Below are positions 59,019-64,000 of a DNA stretch of 64,000 bases, piece by piece (within the stretch, counting starts at the first letter, position 1; each line of letters starts with the position of its first letter). Below the pieces are notes generated by a model, which worked only from the letters and a program-made list of their open reading frames with translations, had not been told where the DNA came from and ran no database searches. The stretch is from assembly GCA_965602455.1 (NCBI GenBank), contig CBFCYL010000006.1:1385-65384 (forward strand), in the 5' to 3' direction. This stretch comes from an uncultured Thalassospiraceae bacterium (lineage in GTDB: Bacteria > Pseudomonadota > Alphaproteobacteria > Rhodospirillales > Magnetovibrionaceae). Position numbers and translations under genes: made by a program.

Positions 59019-60107
59019 ATGGCTCTACACCCTTCAAAATCGGCTTTTGCCCCCTATGCCTTGCTGGTGCTGGCGCTTTTTCTGGCGCCGGGCAACATCC
59101 TTAATGGCGGCGCTTATGGCGCCCCTGTGGGGCTGGCGGTGGGCGCTGTGGCCACGGTCGAGGGCGAGACCTTTGGCCGCGATGTTCGCAATGGTGTGCT
59201 CAGTGTGGCCTACGATAAGACGACCGGCGACAAGGTCGGCGCCGGCGAGGTGCTGGCAACCGGTTATAACTCCGCCATGACGGTTCGCCTGCTTGACGAC
59301 ACCATCCTGACCCTCGGTGAAAACGCTGAGCTGGCCGTGGACGAACTGGTTTTTGACCCCGCATCCGGCGGCAAGAACGACCGGGTGGTGCTCAATCTGG
59401 CGGCCGGGGCCTACTATTTTATTTCCGGTAAGGTGGCGAAAGAACGCGTTACCCTGCTGACCCCAACCGCGACCATTGGTATTCGTGGCACCGAACTGGC
59501 CATCCGTGTGGAAAGCGGCGGCGCGACCTCGGTCAGCGTGGTCAAGGGTGCCGCCTTCATGCGCCCACGCCGTGAAAGGGGCCGCGACAGTGGAAATGAC
59601 CAACCTTCAGGCCCAAGAGGCGAAATCCAGATTGATGTCGGCTCGACCGGCAGCATTGATTCCGGGGGCCGCCTTTCCAAGCCGTTCGGCGGCATTGACC
59701 TGACGGGCGATGACGCGGTCGACCGCAATATCCCCGGTGTTGCCGACTGGCACGATGAACCCGATGAAGTGGATGATGATGACCCGACGGTCGTGGCCGA
59801 GGCCGCCAATGATGATGACCGGGATGGAAAAGACGAAGACGAGCAATCCGACGAACTTGCGCAGCGAAATGATGATGGTGAAAACGCCAGCGAAGAATCC
59901 GACCGCGGCGATGACGCTGCCGACAGCGATGATGGCAATGACAGCGATGATAGCGACGACAGCGACGACAGTGGTGACGATTCAGACGGTGATGACGGTG
60001 ATGACGGTGATGATGGCGATGACGGCGATGACGGCGGTGACGATTCAGATGACGATAACGATAACGACCGCGGGGAGCGTTCATCCAGCCGCGATAAAGA
60101 CGACTGA
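59019..60107 (+). CDS. Secreted FecR-domain protein with an extremely acidic Asp/Gly/Ser-rich C-terminal tail
   Basis: Signal peptide, FecR-like beta-sandwich region (..LNLAAGAYYFISGK..ATIGIRGTELAI..). The last roughly 115 residues are dominated by D, with G, S, E and N (DSDDSDDSDDSGDDSDGDDGDDGDDGDDGDDGGDD). Confidence 0.65.
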   Translation: MALHPSKSAFAPYALLVLALFLAPGNILNGGAYGAPVGLAVGAVATVEGETFGRDVRNGVLSVAYDKTTGDKVGAGEVLATGYNSAMTVRLLDDTILTLGENAELAVDELVFDPASGGKNDRVVLNLAAGAYYFISGKVAKERVTLLTPTATIGIRGTELAIRVESGGATSVSVVKGAAFMRPRRERGRDSGNDQPSGPRGEIQIDVGSTGSIDSGGRLSKPFGGIDLTGDDAVDRNIPGVADWHDEPDEVDDDDPTVVAEAANDDDRDGKDEDEQSDELAQRNDDGENASEESDRGDDAADSDDGNDSDDSDDSDDSGDDSDGDDGDDGDDGDDGDDGGDDSDDDNDNDRGERSSSRDKDD

Positions 60108-60148
60108 GTTCCGCCGGGGGGCCGGTTTATGAACCGGTAGCAGGGCGC

Positions 60149-60361
60149 CTATATCCGTTTGCTGAGTTCATCAAATGCGGTGATGACGAACAGGGAAAAT
60201 GACAGCACCCAAAAACTTCTCATGACAAGCCATGCAATAAGGTGATCGTTCGCCAGCCCTGAGGTTTGATGCGGCGCTTGCGCCTGATGCAAGGCGTCAT
60301 CATCGGCGCGGGTGCTGATGATGGGATTGGGATTGATGTCGTGCTCGAAGGTCACAATCAT
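60149..60361 (-). CDS. Hypothetical 70-aa protein with C-terminal TM helix
   Basis: ORF with an AGGGAG-like RBS 24 nt after the upstream ORF. No family recognised. Confidence 0.35.
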   Translation of the reverse strand: MIVTFEHDINPNPIISTRADDDALHQAQAPHQTSGLANDHLIAWLVMRSFWVLSFSLFVITAFDELSKRI

Positions 60362-60385
60362 GGTCTCGGCTCCCTGCTGGCATCG

Positions 60386-60640
60386 TTAATTGGTGGTTGA
60401 TTCGCCAAACGCTGAAATAATCCGGTATGAACGCAAGGCCTGCTCATCGGAAATGCCGGTTTCGCGGGCAGCAAAGGCGATAAGTTGTTCATCAGGGGTG
60501 GCCGGTGCCGCAATAAGGTCGGCGGCATCCAGCATTTCGAGCAAGGCCTCGGAGGAAGAAAGCAGATCACCCAGGGAGGATACCCGGGGGGATTGGGCAG
60601 TTAAGGCGATGGCAACTGTGGGGGGCTTTTTGCTTGCCAT
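60386..60640 (-). CDS. Hypothetical 84-aa acidic protein
   Basis: Strong GGAGGAG RBS 3 nt before the ATG and C-ending codon bias consistent with coding. Sits about 30 nt downstream of the predicted sigma54 start site. No family recognised. Confidence 0.45.
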   Translation of the reverse strand: MASKKPPTVAIALTAQSPRVSSLGDLLSSSEALLEMLDAADLIAAPATPDEQLIAFAARETGISDEQALRSYRIISAFGESTTN

Positions 60641-60681
60641 CGTCTCCTCCGCTGGTGTGATCCGCTATCATCCCCTTATTC

Positions 60682-60696
60682 GCAAAGGCCGTGCCA
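60682..60696 (-). promoter_or_regulatory. Sigma54 (-24/-12) promoter
   Basis: The minus strand reads TGGCACGGCCTTTGC, an essentially perfect match to TGGCACG-N4-TTGC. The -12 GC lies about 42 nt upstream of the 60640 ATG. Confidence 0.7.
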
Positions 60697-60771
60697 GTCC
60701 TTGCCAATCGACCAACCTGATGCAGAAAAAAACACAACACATTGAAATTAATAATAAAAAATCACGACGGA

Positions 60772-60788
60772 GCAAAAGCCGCTTTTGC
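60772..60788. promoter_or_regulatory. 17-bp perfect palindrome GCAAAAGCCGCTTTTGC (candidate enhancer/UAS)
   Basis: Centre lies about 84 bp upstream of the -24 element. An A/T-rich tract (60722-60766) separates the two. Confidence 0.4.
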
Positions 60789-60817
60789 CAATAGGACGTT
60801 TGTGCCGCCCGGCGGCG

Positions 60818-60830
60818 TTGCATTTTGCAT
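60818..60830. promoter_or_regulatory. TTGCATTTTGCAT, close to the LuxO-box consensus TTGCA-W3-TGCAA (candidate UAS)
   Basis: 12/13 match to the consensus as I recall it. Centre lies about 128 bp upstream of the -24 element. Confidence 0.4.
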
Positions 60831-60958
60831 TTTTTCGCAACCCGCCCGCTGAAATGCGAATCCCGCCTTTTGCGTCATGGCGGCCACCCCGCACGCCCCG
60901 GTGTGCACGCCTGCTATCGCATTTGTTATCTGGCCGATGAACCTGATAGGGTGCGCCT

Positions 60959-62026
60959 ATGCCAACGGGGGTTTACAAACTTATCTGGCCTTGGGTTCGC
61001 CTGCTGGACGCGGAAAGCGCCCATGGGCTTGCCATCAGGGCCCTTAAGCTGGGGCTGGTGCCGGTGCCGGACGCGGTCGTTCATCCGGAACTGGCGCAAT
61101 CGCTTTGGGGGCTGGATTTCCCGAGCCCCGTGGGCCTTGCCGCCGGGTTCGATAAAAACGCCGAAGTGTTTACCCCCATGCTGGCTCAGGGTTTTGGTTT
61201 CGTCGAGGTGGGCTCCGTTACCCCGCGCCCCCAGGCCGGTAATCCGAAACCACGCCTGTTCCGCCTTGAAGACGAACGCGCCGTCATCAACCGCATGGGC
61301 TTTAACAACCAGGGTTTTGATGCGGTTGCCAAACGAATGGAAAGCCGCGACCGAGCCCGGGGCATTGTCGGCGTCAACCTGGGCAAGAACAAGGATACCA
61401 CCGACGCCGCCCATGACTATGAACTGGGTGCTGCGCGCTTTGCCGCCTTGGCTGATTTTCTGGTGATTAATGTGTCGTCGCCAAACACACCCGGTTTGCG
61501 CGCCCTGCAAGGCCCGGAACCATTGCGCGAGCTGCTGACACGCACCATCGCTGCGCGCGACGAAGTGGTATCTGCAAACAACCGCCCGGCGCTGTTGTTA
61601 AAAATTGCCCCCGACCTGACGGACGCCGACAAGACCGACATTTCCCATGTCGCGCTGGAGGTTGGCATTGATGGCCTGATTGTTTCAAACACCACCATCG
61701 AACGCCCCGAAGGCTCCGCCAACCCGCGAATGAAGGAAGGGGGAGGCCTGAGCGGCAGGCCGTTGCTTGAAATGTCAACGCAGGCGCTTTCGGAAATGTA
61801 TCTGGCGACGGAAGGGAAAATCCCCATTATTGGCGTTGGCGGCGTCGAAGACGGCCAGAGCGCCTATAACAAGATTCTCGCCGGGGCTTCGCTGGTTGAG
61901 CTTTACACCGCCATGATTTTTGAAGGCCCGGATGTCGCCCAGACCATCAAAAGCGAAATGGTCGCGTGCATGAAGGCGGACGGCTTCTCAACCATTGGTG
62001 AAGCCGTGGGCGCCATTTTCCGCTAA
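60959..62026 (+). CDS. pyrD: Dihydroorotate dehydrogenase (quinone), class 2
   Basis: LLDAESAH N-terminal helix, GLAAGFDKN, EVGSVTP.PQ.GNPKPR.FRL, NVSSPNTPGLR. Confidence 0.93.
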   Translation: MPTGVYKLIWPWVRLLDAESAHGLAIRALKLGLVPVPDAVVHPELAQSLWGLDFPSPVGLAAGFDKNAEVFTPMLAQGFGFVEVGSVTPRPQAGNPKPRLFRLEDERAVINRMGFNNQGFDAVAKRMESRDRARGIVGVNLGKNKDTTDAAHDYELGAARFAALADFLVINVSSPNTPGLRALQGPEPLRELLTRTIAARDEVVSANNRPALLLKIAPDLTDADKTDISHVALEVGIDGLIVSNTTIERPEGSANPRMKEGGGLSGRPLLEMSTQALSEMYLATEGKIPIIGVGGVEDGQSAYNKILAGASLVELYTAMIFEGPDVAQTIKSEMVACMKADGFSTIGEAVGAIFR

Positions 62027-62033
62027 GACAAAA

Positions 62034-62801
62034 TTATATCAGGAACTGTTCGCGCACAATGCGGTCTTCGAGGTTGTGTTCGGGGTCGAACAGCAATGTG
62101 ACCGTTTGCTTGCGGTCTTCACATACCGTAACCCGCTTGACCCGGCGCACTTCGGTGGCGTCGGCAACGGCGCTGACCGGGCGATGACGGGCATCCAGAA
62201 CCTCGAACGTTACTTTGGCCTTGCCGGGCAGCAGGGCGCCGCGCCACTGGCGAGGGCGAAAGGCGCTGATCGGCGTTAACGCCAACAGGTCGGCACCAAG
62301 GGGAATAATCGGCCCGTGCGCAGACAGGTTATAGGCGGTGGAGCCGGCGGCGGTGGCAACCAGGGCGCCATCGCAAATCATCGTTTCCATGCGCACCTTG
62401 CCATCGACGCTGATTTTTAATTTTGCCGCGAGCCGCGTTTGGCGCAACAGCGATACCTCGTTAATGGCCAGGGCTTCGTGTTTTTTCCCGGCCTCGTCCA
62501 CTGCCTGCATGCGAAGCGGGTTCAGGCTGATGGCCTGTGCCTTGTTCAGCCTTTTTTGCAAGGCGGTGGCGCGGTATTCATTCATCAGGAAGCCAACCGT
62601 GCCGCGGTTCATGCCGAAAACGGGCAGGTTCAAATTCATGTGCCGGTGCAGGGCGCGCAGCATAAAACCATCGCCACCCAGGGCGACAATGACATCGGCC
62701 TTGCCGGGCTCGACATGGTCGTAGCGTTTTTTCAGCGCTTTCAGCGCCTTTTGCGCCTCGGCCTGCCGTGATGCCACGAAGGCGATGTTTTTATAAGCCA
62801 T
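62034..62801 (-). CDS. nadK: NAD+ kinase
   Basis: GGDGFML motif, [23 protein letters not shown]. Confidence 0.92.
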   Translation of the reverse strand: MAYKNIAFVASRQAEAQKALKALKKRYDHVEPGKADVIVALGGDGFMLRALHRHMNLNLPVFGMNRGTVGFLMNEYRATALQKRLNKAQAISLNPLRMQAVDEAGKKHEALAINEVSLLRQTRLAAKLKISVDGKVRMETMICDGALVATAAGSTAYNLSAHGPIIPLGADLLALTPISAFRPRQWRGALLPGKAKVTFEVLDARHRPVSAVADATEVRRVKRVTVCEDRKQTVTLLFDPEHNLEDRIVREQFLI

Positions 62802-62918
62802 GACTTTTTAACCCGGTTTTGACCTGACTTTAAGTTTGCCATGGTCTGAATGGGGAGAGAATACAGCCATTTCAACCGTTTGTCGAAAGGCCGGTTCGGG
62901 GTTGTTGGGGGTGGCGGA

Positions 62919-63938
62919 TCAACCGCCGGTGACGCTCATATGGCGCATCAGCGCCGGGCCGCCGTTGCCGGGCTCGATGACAAAATCGTGGCCTTTTGGC
63001 TTGAGGTGAAGGGCGCGGTCAATGGCTGCATCCAGCGCTATCTGCGTTTTTTCGCCAGCCTCGTTTTCGCGCAGCACGGCGCGCAGGTCGACGGCGCTAT
63101 CTTGGCCAAGGCACATATACAAGGTGCCGGTGCACGTCAGGCGCATGCGATTACACGTATCACAAAAGTGTTCCGATAGCGGCGTGATAAAGCCGAGCTT
63201 TTGCCCGGTCTCGCCAACGTCAACATAGCGCGACGGCCCGCCGGTGCTGTGGCTGGATGGGGTTAACGACCACTCGGCTTCCAGTTGTTGGCGCACATCG
63301 GAAAGCGGCAGGTATTGGTCGCAACGGTCGCCACCAATTTCGCCCAGCGGCATGGTTTCAATTAACGTCAGGTCCAGGCCTTCCTCGCCACACCAGCGCA
63401 CCATATTGCTGATTTCGTTTTCGTTGAAATCCTTCATGGCGACGGTGTTGATCTTGATGTTGATGCCCGCTTTTTTCGCCGCCCGAATGCCCTCCATGAC
63501 CGGCTCCAGTTCGCCAAAGCGGGTAATGTTGCGAAACTTTTCCGCATCAAGTGTGTCCAGCGAAACATTGATGCGCTCAACGCCCATGGCTTTTAGATCA
63601 GCAGCGTGGCGCTCCAGTTGGCTTCCATTGGTGGTCAGGGTCAATTCATGCAAGGCGCCGCTGTCGAGGTGTCCGGACAAGGATTTAACCAGGTCCATGA
63701 TACCGCGCCGCACCAGGGGCTCACCACCGGTCAGGCGAACCTTTCGCACCCCGCGGTTGATGAACGCACCGGTTGCCATTGCCAGTTCTTCAAGCGTCAG
63801 CACATCGGATTTGGGCAGGAAGGTCATGTCCTCGGCCATGCAGTAATGGCAGCGGAAATCGCAGCGGTCTGTTACCGAAACGCGCAGGTAGGTAATTTCG
63901 CGTCCAAAGGGATCTATCATATCGGGTATATCTGTCAT
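62919..63938 (-). CDS. moaA: GTP 3',8-cyclase (molybdenum cofactor biosynthesis protein A)
   Basis: Radical-SAM [17 protein letters not shown], and a C-terminal second cluster ([13 protein letters not shown]). Confidence 0.93.
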   Translation of the reverse strand: MTDIPDMIDPFGREITYLRVSVTDRCDFRCHYCMAEDMTFLPKSDVLTLEELAMATGAFINRGVRKVRLTGGEPLVRRGIMDLVKSLSGHLDSGALHELTLTTNGSQLERHAADLKAMGVERINVSLDTLDAEKFRNITRFGELEPVMEGIRAAKKAGINIKINTVAMKDFNENEISNMVRWCGEEGLDLTLIETMPLGEIGGDRCDQYLPLSDVRQQLEAEWSLTPSSHSTGGPSRYVDVGETGQKLGFITPLSEHFCDTCNRMRLTCTGTLYMCLGQDSAVDLRAVLRENEAGEKTQIALDAAIDRALHLKPKGHDFVIEPGNGGPALMRHMSVTGG

Positions 63939-64000
63939 GTCGTGTGCTGGGGCTTGCCGGGTTCGCCGGGTTTATTGTCTTAACGCCTAGGCGTTGGTGT

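Noticed and set aside
59557-60084. 175-aa His/Arg-rich ORF on the minus strand, plus other ORFs overlapping 59400-60130.
   Set aside because: These are antisense or out-of-frame readings of the GAT/GAC-rich repeat region that encodes the acidic tail. They are artefacts of the repeat.
63939-64000. Possible molybdenum-cofactor riboswitch upstream of moaA.
   Set aside because: Only about 60 nt of leader fall inside the window, which is too little to recognise or fold the motif.

Overview
This is a high-GC chromosomal window whose gene content and synteny look alphaproteobacterial: bamD-recN-ligA, a split F0 operon atpI-B-E-F'-F, smc, a divergent DUF721/mutY pair, c2-type cytochromes, glyQS, ppdK, pyrC/pyrD, nadK and moaA. 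Most of it is ordinary housekeeping sequence. Long antisense ORFs inside real genes are treated as GC artefacts. Four regions need more than routine annotation.

(1) About 11.3 kb at 41658-53002 sits directly behind tRNA-Met(CAT) and is visibly AT-richer than its flanks. It is partitioned by repeated copies of the tRNA 3' terminus into stacked islets, and I see no integrase in it. The islets are a single-gene DUF3800 islet, a single-gene MFS cassette and a large segment. The large segment carries a membrane-anchored FNR/[2Fe-2S] reductase, a His-rich 5-TM protein and a nine-haem cytochrome c in one tight operon, followed by KefB. It also carries an ECF sigma / RsrA-like anti-sigma module with three identical-geometry GGAAC-N16-CGTC promoters. 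These promoters drive a small membrane protein, a DsrE-like protein and two ArsM-like methyltransferase paralogues.

(2) A LuxO-like sigma54 activator and a LuxU-like Hpt protein are present. The hpt gene overlaps apt by one nucleotide.

(3) About 44 kb away there is a near-consensus sigma54 promoter with upstream palindromes, one resembling a LuxO box. It faces two small unannotatable ORFs.

(4) A 35-nt relic copy of the tRNA-Pro 3' half lies next to the intact tRNA-Pro.

I recognised no CRISPR array, IS element, transposase, rRNA or prophage structural genes. All product calls come from reading the translations and motifs from memory; no database search was run.
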